NCBI RefSeq assembly: GCF_011386835.1
Contig: NC_088801.1
Location: 47,554,001-47,618,000 of the forward strand
Source: Chrysemys picta bellii
Lineage: Eukaryota
Direction of reading: 5' to 3'
Length of the DNA stretch: 64,000 bases
Below the pieces are notes generated by a model. That model was not told where the DNA came from. It was given only the letters and a program-made list of their open reading frames with translations, and did not search any database. The position numbers and the translations under genes were made by a program. Shown one piece after another: positions 40,166 through 51,379 of this stretch. The first letter of the stretch is position 1. The number at the start of each line of letters is the position of its first letter.

Positions 40166-40903
40166 CAGGGCCGGCTCCAGGTTTTTTACCGCCCGAAACA
40201 AAAAAAAAGGCATAATGCTGCCCCTTGAAAAGGGCCGCCCCAAGCACATGCCTGTCTTTATAATGGACTAGATTAGCGGAGGACTTGCTGGGATGGACTG
40301 AGGACTGGGGCGCACTGGCAGAGTTCTGCATTGGGCAGAGCTGAGTGGAAGGTCAGGTTGAAGGTTGTCACGGAGCCAAAAGATCTGCGCTCTGCCCCAG
40401 CTTTTAAACAGTCCCTTGGAGAAACCCAGTCCCCCAGTGGGTCACCATCTTCCTTAATTGTATGTCATGCAGCCTCAGTGCCTCCAATGCTGAGTCCTAG
40501 GGCTCCAGCACTCAGTTTCACCCCAGGAGCTCTGCCCAGCGAGTCCAACTGAGATGCTCGCTCTTGGTCAGCGACGTTATGTTCTTCACAGATGTAGCTT
40601 TAGCGAGTATTTGCAGTGACCCCAGGCACAGTAGGATTTATTAGTCGACTGTAAAACAGAAATGGGGTGTCCTTACATTACCATAGGCAGGGCTGGCTCC
40701 AGGGTTTTTGCCGCCCCAAGAGGCGGGGAAAAAAAAAAGCTGCAATCGGCAGCAGCTCCACCCCACCACTTCCTTCTTCGGCGGCAGGTCCTTCCCTCCG
40801 AGAGGGACCAAGGAACCCACCGCCGAAGAGCCTGAGGTGCCGCCCCTTCCCCTTGGCCGCCCCAAGCACCTGCTTGCTGGGCTGGTGCCTGGAGCCGGCC
40901 CTG
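40166..40903. mobile_element. Composite hAT unit: right-truncated MITE, ~430 bp unrelated DNA, then a complete MITE (40688-40903)
   Basis: The outer TIRs are flanked by TTTGCTGT (40158-40165) and TTTGCAGT (40904-40911). The inner MITE has no TSD of its own. Confidence 0.7.
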
Positions 40904-42134
40904 TTTGCAGTATCCTTGGGCTGGTTCCAACTCCCACTGAAATCCATAGGAGATTTAAAGGGAGCTGGATTGGGACTCTTGTGAGTGTTGAACAGTTGCT
41001 AATTTCTACCACCATTGGGTGCATTTCAGTGGTGGGTGAAATGGTTTCTTGACATAAAGCTTTTTGGTATTCTGTAGTTTGTAACATGCTTTGAGAACTA
41101 TTAAGCCACATGAAGAATATGTTTTTATTGTGGAACAAATTGTATTAAATTATGCTTGGATTATTTGTTAAATGAACAATGTTGTTAAATATTAAACGGC
41201 AGAATATTGAGCATTATATCTGTCACAGATAGAAAAACTACTCACTGTGTGTTGATTAATACAACTCATTCATTGGGTTATAGTCCCACCACCTTCCAGG
41301 AATTGTCACAAATCCATCTCCTGTCTCTGGGTGCTAGGTTTGCATTTGCAGTTTTGCTTTGTAAGAATTTGTGTGTTCCCATAACTCCTTGCAGGCTATT
41401 CAAATGGAATAGAGAGAATATAATGGGGCATTGGATGGCTATTATCAGGACTGATACTCTTATGAAGAGGTAAAGGACTGCAGATTGAAGGCAGAATGAA
41501 CTAGAGTATCCAAGACAGTGAACTTTAGAGGAAGAGTAGAATAATGAGATGGGGGGGCGGGGAAGGACAGAAAGGGAGAAGCTTCATGGTTTGTAGGAAT
41601 CATGGACTGATAGAAGGTTAAGGGCAGAAGAAAAGGGAGGGAAAGTGCTAAAAAGTGTATGGTCAATAATTGAGGAGATGGCAGATGCTTAGGAAGATGA
41701 ATGAAACCGGGGTGGGAAGACAGATATGTGGGGGAGGGGAAAAAGATAAGTTGGGCAAGAGAACATGAAGAAGCAGCCATTCAGGAGAGTCTGACTACTG
41801 AGTCAATTAATACAATGAATAGTTCAGCTTGGGGAGGAGCAGAGTTTGACAAGAGGGGCGACTGTTGAATTGAATAACATTTTGTCCAAGTCAAGGTGGC
41901 AACCTTACCTTCATCACCAGCAAGAACTGTTATAGCCTTCCAGATATTCTTCTTTGTTACAGATCACAATATAAATCGTTCACAGACTTGGGTGTAAGGA
42001 GTAGGCCAGTTATTTACAACCATGATGAAAAGTTTACAATACTTTCTGGAACTAACTCTGGTACACAAGGAACATTGGTATGCCTGCCAGAAGTCTGAAA
42101 ACATTACACTCTACTGAAAATGGATATGTTATAG

Positions 42135-42560
42135 GAACATAAGATTTACCATACCTGATCAAACAGTGGTCTGTATAATCAGGTACCCTGCATCCAACAG
42201 TGGTCAGTGTCAGATACTTCAGAGGAAAGTACAAGCTTCCCTGAAGTGGGCAATTATGGAACACAGGGCCAGCTCCAGGTTTTGGCCGCCCCAAGCAGCC
42301 AAAACAAAAAACGAAAAAAAAAGCTGCGATCGCGATCTGCGGCGACAATTCGGCAGGAGGTCCTTCGCTCCCAGGAGGAGTGAGGGACCGTCCGCTGAAT
42401 TGCTGCCGAATACCTGGACGTGCCGCCCCTCTCCGGAGCGGCCGCCCCAAGCACCTGCTTGATAAGCTGGTGCCTGGAGCCGGCCCTGATGGAATAACTT
42501 GTCCATAGGGGAATTTTCTTCGTAACCCCAGGCAGAAGTTGGTTGGCCCACTCTTAACAT
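42135..42560 (-). mobile_element. Old CR1 3' end interrupted by a hAT MITE
   Basis: GAACATAAGA...CCATAC...GATCAAAC...ACAGTGG...CAGATACTTCAGAGGAAAG resembles a reversed CR1 3'UTR. Confidence 0.6.
42264..42488. mobile_element. hAT MITE, same family as 25049, opposite orientation
   Basis: TIRs CAGGGCCAGCTCCAG / CTGGAGCCGGCCCTG and TSD ATGGAACA / ATGGAATA (7/8). Confidence 0.92.
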
Positions 42561-43430
42561 TGTTTTTAGAAGTCCAAAACAATTTTTGTTCTGCTCAGTC
42601 CCTGCAAATATTTTTTTGTCTTATTCCAAGGAAGGTGATTGCATAGCCTTCCTAGTTCTTTTCATTTTTGTTGTTCTCCTCTCTGTCTATTCATTATCTT
42701 CTTAAATTTATGGGACTTTTTAAAAAGCAATTATATAGGAGTTGTTGTTGATATGAATTGGTAGAAAGTACTACTGAAAGATAGAATCTATATGAAAGGA
42801 ATAATAAAAGAATGTTGTAACCATATGATGGATAATTAGATAACCCTAAGGTGTGTCAGTGTGGCTGCAAAACAACCTTCTCCAGACACTGCTGAAGAGA
42901 GCGAGAGCAGAGTTTGGCTTAAAATGTTAAGATAGTGTAGAACCATTAAATGAACAAGTTGAAATTGGCTTAAGGGAAATCAGTTTTGTCTCAGTGATTC
43001 CTATTTTACTTACATGCTGCACAATTCAAGATATAATTAGATCTAATCCTTTATCCAGTCATTATACTAGGATAACTACTAAGAGTTTGCACAAAACCTC
43101 AAGACGATTTATTTGGGACCCAGAGAAATATAATATTAATGCTGTGATTGTGTATATTTTATATCAGGGGTTCCCTCCCTAGACTGTCCATTTTGTACAT
43201 TATGTCTATTTTCAATCCCCCCCACCCCCACCCCCCCCCAAAAAAACATTTCACACTTGGAAGCTTTAATTCACTTTTGTGTGCACTGCAGGGAGGTATT
43301 ATCCAATGGTGAGAGCAGAGGCTTGGAGTCAGAATAATTTTGTTCCCAGCTCTGCCATTGACTTGCTCTGTAGGCATAACACTTGACTTTTCAGTGTTAG
43401 TATACCCATCAGTTCTTTGGGAATCTTGTA

Positions 43431-43660
43431 CAGGTCTGATACATCTTACGCGCATTTAACATGTACGATTTCAACATTACACGGTCGGCAAAAACAAAAA
43501 AAAACAAAAAAAAAAAGAGAAAAATAACAATTTTAATACTATACCTGTAGTGTGGGCAATTTCGCCCGCCATTGAACTCAATGGAATTTTGGCTATATGC
43601 GGTTTTCACTTTACGCGCTAACCGTGGAACGGAACCCCCGCATAAGATGAGACAGACCTG
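43431..43660. mobile_element. Tc1/mariner (pogo/Tigger-like) MITE
   Basis: 22-bp TIRs matching at 18/22 (CAGGTCTGATACATCTTACGCG), TA on both sides, and a CpG-rich interior. Confidence 0.8.
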
Positions 43661-44934
43661 TAATTCCTTCCTTCCATAGAGCTGTTGTGTGGTCCAATTA
43701 ATTGATGTTTCCAAGATATTCTAACATCTACTCATAAAAGGCACTATATGAGTGCAAAGTATTATATGATATTGTATCTGTACACAGTATGCACTTTGAA
43801 TCGCAGGTCAAGTGGCTTTTGAATATTACTTTATCCTTGGATTTTTACCTCCAGTGGAGTATCTGGTTGGTCACATATGACTATGGGAGAGTTCATCTGA
43901 ATGACATTGGTCAAAATATTTAGTTACTTAATGCTTTGTACATGTGCCTACAGGTTTTATTATAGATGGATTTTTATAAATCATTAGATGTTTTCTCACC
44001 GCCAATCTAAATGGCCAGTTCTTAATCATTTTACTGCTTTTTTTTTAAAAAAAAGGAAATAGACAGTACTTCACAATGTTGATGGTGGGATCAAATAATG
44101 ATGGTCACATAAATATTACTACAATATGTGCATTCTAAATGTATTAACAATTGCTAGGAGCAATGAAATCACAGAAAGCCAGACATTTATTTTCTTCCTG
44201 GACTTGTTTTACCTGCTTAATATTTTGTCATTCCCCCTAAACTAGTCCCAATCCAACTGTATTGATTTATCTGTTAGAGTAATTGAAATTTGCCCTGTGT
44301 ACTGTCCATGTTCATAGTCAGCTGGTTTCAGTTCTTTGTTCCCAAGCATAGTCTGATGATTATGGGAAAGAAACAGAAAAAGCAATTGCTGACAGCTACT
44401 ATTAATGTGCTTGGGTCAAGTACTTAGCAGTAGTGTGACAAAGGCCCAGGATCATAATTTCTACCATCAATAACATATTAGTTGACACTAAGGGCAAAGC
44501 ATGAAGAATTCAGCAGATTCCATGGAACATCATAGCCAGCATGGCAGCCAAGGAGAAAATCTATGAAGATCATGAAAATTTGTGAAGGTAGAGTCATAGT
44601 GGTAACACAATTATTTTGAGTGTTGCTTTTATTGCCGTACAACTGACACATTTTACTGTTGTAAACTATTGCTTTCAGTAGTTTTCAATGGACAGTTGAT
44701 ATTAGCAAATCCATATTTTATATCGGAGTCAGTGCACTCGGTAAAAGTAACTAAAACAAAACTACACATCTTTCAGATGCCTGGACATGATATAGAATTC
44801 CCATACCACTTCTATACAGGAAATACCCCCTATAAGGATTCACACACTATCTTCTAACATCATCTCTTCTCCTGTGATGTTCTCTTTTCCTGCCTCCTGC
44901 CACTTCCTATAATTTATTAATACTTATTTATTAT

Positions 44935-45050
44935 TTATTTTGTAGTAGTTCCCATAGGCCTCAGTCATGGTCAGAGCCCTATTGTGCTATGATCTGTATA
45001 AACCGATAAGGAGACATCATCCCTGCCTTAAAAAACTTGCAGTCTAAACT
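44935..45050 (-). mobile_element. L2-type 3' end fragment (similar copy at ~24960-25025)
   Basis: CCCTATTGTGCTATGATCTGTATAAAC...CCCTGCCTTAAAAAACTTGCAGTCTAA. Confidence 0.5.
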
Positions 45051-45261
45051 TCACAACTGGCATTCTGTCCTCATAACAAGGAAATAATGCAAACAATCTA
45101 CTTTAAGGGACCAATCCTGCACACCTTATTCACATCAGTAGTCCTACCAAAGACTAGGTTTGGTCTAGTGTGCTGTGATACTAAATCTACCAACTATTGA
45201 TGATGGTGAGGTGGCTCCAAACCCATATTATTTTGTAGTATTCTCGCTACTTACTTCAGGG

Positions 45262-45289
45262 GTGTGTGTGTGTGTGTGTGCGCGCACGC
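45262..45289. repeat. (GT)n(CG)n alternating purine-pyrimidine tract
   Basis: Read directly. Similar tracts lie at ~26482-26510 and ~5737-5760. Confidence 0.9.
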
Positions 45290-45340
45290 CCATCGATAGA
45301 TTTTACTCTATATTTCCTGGCATATTCCTGTAACAGTTAG

Positions 45341-45600
45341 TAGCAAATTCTGACAAGTGTCTCACCTGTCACAATGTCCTACTTTCATCATTTGATTCAT
45401 TGGAGCAACAGCTAGCAAATTCTGATGTATGACTGACACCTGCCAAAATTTACTACCTACTGCAAGATGAGAACTAGAGAAGATAGCAAATTCTAATAGG
45501 AGGAAGGTTCCTATCATAAATTGTTGCCTCCTGTATCAAGGATATAAATGGTAAAGATAGGAAATTCTGACAGGAAAGTGACACCCATCAGAATTTCCTA
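45341..45600. repeat. Array of four 41-43 bp palindromic repeats with 28-31 bp spacers
   Basis: TAG(C/G)AAATTCT(G/A)A occurs at 45341, 45413, 45484 and 45558, each followed by its approximate reverse complement. Confidence 0.85.
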
Positions 45601-46034
45601 GAAGCAGCTTCCTTATTTTCCAACACAAACTGATAGTATCATCATATTTTGCTGCCAGGAGCAAATGCTGGCTGGGAGGCATTTTGTGATGTTACATCAT
45701 AGTTCTGAGTTAAATCTTTTTGATTCCATTGCTGAAAATGGGAACTGTAGCAATCTTATGCCACAAAACCTGACTCCTGGCACTAAACAATGAATGTAAA
45801 GTGGACTGGAGGGGTTAGGGGGGCCCTAGGAACATCTTAACGTTATGTGTAATAAAGCTGCAGGTGGCTGAATCCACAGGAAAAACAAGGTTTTGTTTTG
45901 TGACAGTGTTGAGTTGTTTGCATGCAAGATCTGTTTTATTGGTATAAAAAGGAAAGAAGCATTAGTTCTTACCATGTATTAATTGTTGGTAGGTTTTAAA
46001 TATTGGCTAGATTTGGGGAAGGTAAATAATAAAT

Positions 46035-46104
46035 AATCTATGGAAGAAAAACACTAAATAAGAGACTATATATTATTTTATATAGTGTTTTTCTTCCATA
46101 GATT
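46035..46104. repeat. Perfect 22-bp inverted repeat with a 26-nt loop
   Basis: AATCTATGGAAGAAAAACACTA (46035-46056) / TAGTGTTTTTCTTCCATAGATT (46083-46104). Confidence 0.95.
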
Positions 46105-46264
46105 TTTTCCAACTACTTTATAAGGGGAGGGTAAGTATCATACACATTTTAAAGTTGAGGAAAGTGACTTGGTGGCGATGATACAGGTCTGCCACAAACT
46201 AGGAATAGAACATAGGTGTCTTCATTTCCATCCTCATTCCTTAGCAACGAGACCACAGTGCCTC
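46083..46264 (-). mobile_element. Degenerate CORE-SINE (MIR-like)
   Basis: GGTAAGTATCATACACATTTTAAAGTTGAGGAAA...CTAGGAATAGAAC...AGACCACAGTGCCTC follows the reversed MIR layout. Confidence 0.5.
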
Positions 46265-48167
46265 GAAGTCAGAGAAAACCACGTAATTAGACGTTCACAG
46301 CTCAGTGGGATATAATATCCGCAGTTAGGAAAATAAAAACAACACTGTGAAGTGCTAGAAGAGTGTTGCAATTTAATTTGAAGTTTTCAAGGAAACTGTA
46401 ATCAACAAAGTGATGTGGTTTTACTAGATTTAAAAAAAACAAAAAAACAAAAAAAAAAACAAAAAAACACTGCATCACCCATGTCCACCCCTAACTAAAC
46501 AATCTGTGATGTGGAAGTTTTGTAAACATGGTCTTTATTTTAAAGATTCCCAGACTCCCCCAAGCGGATAACTAGAAAATATATCAGCTGAATATATTGA
46601 AAGACTCCTGTCTATTATTAGTATAGTAAACAAGCAATACCCCCTCCAAAAAAAGCTGAACTCCGATTTATGTCAAGTTTCCCCATTACATGCGTTGTAA
46701 CGAGTGTTCTTTTCAAGAGAGCAAGATTGTTTTCCTCACCCAACGTGTTTTTACGACCCTGCCCTTATTCAGTTTCCCCTTACACGGGGGCGTCTGATCG
46801 GTTTAGGAAGCCTGGATCCGTTTGTAGCCGGATAAAAGGTAACACTTTGCTAGTACGTAGAATAGTCTCAGTTTTGTGGAGCGAGATGTCTGGTACCTAT
46901 TGTGTATTTAGGAAGTGATTGGCATGGGAGTAGTAGGAGCATGGACCTAGGTTTCGTTTTGTCCAACTTCAGTGATTCAGTGAGTGACTTGAAGTGTACA
47001 GGGATTTTCCCAATTCTACCCCACGGGGGGGGGGGGGGGGGGAGGGGGGCAGGAGAACCCAGAGTGACATTTGCCCTATGCCCAGGCACAGACATCGCTC
47101 TGAAATCCTTATTAACCAATTCAGGCTGCCCTGAGAGGGAGATAAAGCTCTCCGCACATCCACTGAAGGACTGGTCCCCAGGCTGCCCGCTGGCTGCTAT
47201 TGATCCCTGTAAGTGCCTGCTAATGAGTCCCGTATACACTCCCAAGGAGCCATGCTCAGAGGAGCTAGAGGGGAGAAGAGCAGCACGCACGCGGAACGCC
47301 CCCGCTCCGAGCCGAGCAAGTGCCGGGCGTTTAGCCCTGATCGCCTGCCCGGGACTAGCGGTCGCGGCCTGAGCCAAGGCCAGCCCTTCTTCGGGGCTCG
47401 CTGGGTTGGGGGAGCCCTGCCCCTCAGCCACGGTGCTAGAGCTGCACGGTGCAGGGGGGAGCAGCCCAGGGAAGAGGACGGGGCAGCGGCGGCGGAGAGC
47501 TCCCTTGTCACCTGCAGCTGCCAGTGGCGGGGCTCGACAGAGGCAGCAGAGCCCAGTGCCAGACCCCCCCTAGCGTGCCGGGGGGGGGGGGGGGGGCTGA
47601 TCCCTGCTCTGGCTGGCTGCCCCGTCCACAAATCCCGGACTAACCAGAGACTAGACTAGAAAGCGCCCCCCTGATCAGAGCCCTGCCCGGCGGAGAGCAG
47701 CGGGCCGGGAACACTCTCGGGAGGGAAGCCGCTGTCTCAGGCAGGGCTGCTGTTGGGCTAGGGATTTGCTGCAATTGATGCGAAGGGTTCCCAGCCAGCC
47801 AGGGCGAGGGGCCGCCTCTTCTGTTTCCACTTTCCCGTTCCCACCGCCTGGTTTCCTTCGCTCCTTCTCCTTTACCTGCGCTGCGGCCGCCTGGGTCCCC
47901 TGCCCGCCTCCCGCTGCGGCTGGAGAAGTGGGGCCGAGACAATAGCCCGCTCCTGGGGCTGGGGGGGGGGGGAGCTGGGGGTGGCGGGAAGCGGCGTGTG
48001 ACAGCTGTACTCCTCTGACAGCTCCCGGGATCAGCCTAGTGGCTCCCTGCCATTGGCTCAGTGCAATGGACCGGCAACGCTGCGCGGTATAACAACACTA
48101 TGCCTGTGAGAGGCAGCAGCTCAGACTCCTTCAGCAAAGCCACGGAGATGCTGCTGCCGCTGCGCCG

Positions 48168-48190
48168 CCTCCTCCTCCTCCTCCTCCTCC
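48168..48190 (+). repeat. (CCT)7 trinucleotide repeat in the presumptive 5'UTR
   Basis: Seven CCT plus CC, preceded by CTG/CCG triplets. Confidence 0.9.
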
Positions 48191-48435
48191 AGCCAGCGCT
48201 GCCCTGAGACCGCGGGAGACTCTGGACCGTGCCCCCGGGCTCCTGCAATTCCTGTGTGTCTCTCCCGCCCCCGCAGCCCGCGAGGGGAGGGGACCGAGCT
48301 CTGCCAGGCGGAGGAGTTGGGCGGCTGGGTTAATTGCCGAGATTAGCCGGAGGTGGTGTACATGCCGGTGGGGCTCTGCTTCCTCCGATCCCCTCAGCAC
48401 AGCACCGTCACTCCGCCCGCCCTGGGTCTGCCTGA

Positions 48436-48714
<279 letters not shown>

Positions 48715-51256
48715 TAGGTAGTGTGTCGCTGGCGCTTGTGGTGTAATGGGGACATGGTCCCATCTCCAGTGGCACGGGTGGTTGAATGACTGTTTCTAGA
48801 GCACTTCTTGGGATAGGAGTTCCCACTAATTTTACATATTCACTCGGACCCCCCGTGGGCAGGACTTTAGCCATCCCAAAGAGTTCCCTGCATGTTCTTT
48901 TAGCTTTCTCCGATTTGGGGGTCTGTGAATAGGGATCTCAGAAACCCAACCTGGAAAGGGCATGCAGGCTGCATGGGTGGGTGAGGTGTCACTTTCAGTC
49001 CTTTAACCTAGGATTGCAGAGTCTTTAACAACCTGGAAACTTACCTGGTGATGCTCCCAACACACACAGCTCAGTAAAATGGTGTGGGTCTCCAGTCTGG
49101 AATCGAGTATGATAGGTGATTTCATCTATCCATGTCTATGCCAATTAGAAAGTCTTTGGTTTTTAGAAAGTAAGGGAAGAGACAGAAAGAAACACTTGTT
49201 TGAGGCCTGAACTTCCTGAGCAGGGAGAGTCAGTTGTTCAGGAACGACTTCAGAATCAATCTCATTGGTAGTACAGACAGGCTTAAAAGGTTTTAACAGG
49301 ATCTGCTTAGGAGTCTTGGTTAGATACACTGGAAAGTCTTGGTTCATAGTCTGTGTATTAAGATTATATTTATATAAAATGTGCAGTACTTCATGTATTG
49401 GTTCGGCATCTCTTCAGGTTCCAGTAGTTTTGATGACTTGTTTGTGCTCAATGTATTTTGGTTTCTGGACTTAGCGGATATGAAGACTTATAGTGTGGGG
49501 AGATTGGAAGGATGAAGTCCATGCTTACAAGTGCCACAATGCCCAGGAAAATATGGGTAATGCAGGAACACTACAGTTGAGTGAGTTACTTCATGTAACA
49601 GCTCAAGGAAAATGAACCAAAGTATAAGCAGATGTCTGCAGGATACCACAGAACTGGAAGTAGGACTTAAACAATATTGTTTATCACTCTTCTCCACCAC
49701 CTTATTCTAAATTTCCTTTTGTTAAAATGGAACAGCACTTGTTCACTGTATACTTCCCTGGAACACATGACCTGTATTAACATTTGCGAAAGTTGGCAAG
49801 CTTGCAGCTTCTCCCAAACAAAGAGATTAAGACAAGCTTTTGAGCCAAGTCATAAAAATAGTAACTACTACAAGAGTATCTGAAACTGTCTTTGAAGGGC
49901 TTCTGATGTTGGAAAATTAATGCAACAGTTATTTCAGTAGTATATACTTTACAGTCTTCTTATTGGGGAAGTATCGTATTCCTTGAAATTAAACGGATAA
50001 TGGTAGAATTCTTGTGATTGCAGGCAATACACATATTTAGTGGCTATGGCTGCAAAATCAAAAATCCAGTATAGAAATGTTTGACAAATTGAAAATTTGG
50101 TACATATATATTCACTATATTAAACTGACTATTGAATGGAGGAAAGATGTGTCAGGCAAGATTAATTGATGAAAAGTCTGCTACAACTTTTGAACTGTGT
50201 GTTTACGGAGTAATACCTATAATTTATACAACCTCAGTTGTACTATAGTCTCTTCTCTTGAATATCTGACAACCTCCTTTTTAATGCTTATGTAATAAAT
50301 AGCTTATAAAATCAACAATTCTGTTTATCTTAAATTCAAGTAATTAGTAACTAAAATAATGTTGGAAAGAAAGCAGATGTGTTTAATTTAGTAATTTCAG
50401 ATGAAGTGAATTGCATAGGGTTTAGTTATTTTCATTCTGAAAGTAAATGTAAAGTTACACTGATATTTGGCAAGATACTCACATACAAGAGAATTAAGTA
50501 ACAAATATGCTATTTATTAAATGAATTGCTTTTAAAGAATTTAATGTAAAACTTTAAACCTAAACTATCCCTTTTATCATACTCAACTTGGAATATAACT
50601 GTAAAATAATTATCCAGTAAAAATGTTCCTAGTTTTTTTAAAATGGAAAATTAAATTCTTGATTTCAGATTCTGTATTCTTCATAATACATTCCTTAACA
50701 TATGAAACAAATGACATAAAGTATAGATACCCGGAGTAATATTTTCTCTGAGTAATTTCAAATTAAAATAATATTTAGCTGTGATCTAATCTGGTTTGTG
50801 TATATAAGAAGGATTTTTAAAGTTCATTTATATTATGAAGGAATTAAAGCACTATAAATAATAAGGAAAAGCTGCAATAACTCTACCTCATGCTCTGAAC
50901 AATAATGTACATTTTACTCAGATTCTGTTTGCAAATCAAACATTAAATAATTTCACAGAGAATCAATCACTTTGAATATAAATGGACTTCATTAACATGT
51001 TTAATGTAAATGTTTGTTTTAAGGCAAATTCTATATTATGGCCTTGGGAGTTTTCATAAGAATACACTGTCTTCTATTGTAGTCTGATGTCCAGCCCTCC
51101 CATTCCCACCTAGCCTCCTTATATGTGATGGGATGGGCACAATCCGTTTTTAACATGTAAAGGATACAGCCCGTGTAAGCAGAGCTGAAGCATACACCTT
51201 TCTATTTTGCTCTAAGTCATTCAGTTCATTGTCATTTACACCTCGAACCCAAAAGC

Positions 51257-51379
51257 TGAGGTTGCCAACCCTCCAGGATTGTCCTGGAGTTTCCAGGAAT
51301 TAAAGATTAATCTTTAATTAAAGATTATGTCATGTGATGAAACCTCTAGGAATACATCCAACCAAAATTGGCAACCCTA
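51257..51379. mobile_element. hAT MITE (GGTTGCCAA family)
   Basis: TIRs TGAGGTTGCCAA / TTGGCAACCCTA, a perfect 8-bp TSD CCAAAAGC, and an internal 22-bp palindrome AATTAAAGATTAATCTTTAATT (51298-51319). Confidence 0.9.

Noticed and set aside
45341-45600. Annotating the array as a true CRISPR locus
   Set aside because: The context is vertebrate, there are no cas-like ORFs or leader, the repeats are degenerate, and two spacers resemble each other. It is kept as an unexplained array.
48130-48153. REST/RE1-like TTCAGCAAAGCCACGGAGATG
   Set aside because: The spacing is wrong and both half-sites are imperfect.
46868-48400. GC-rich ORFs of 100-187 aa on both strands
   Set aside because: They have low-complexity Ala/Gly/Pro/Arg composition, as expected from stop depletion in a CpG island, and no recognisable domains.
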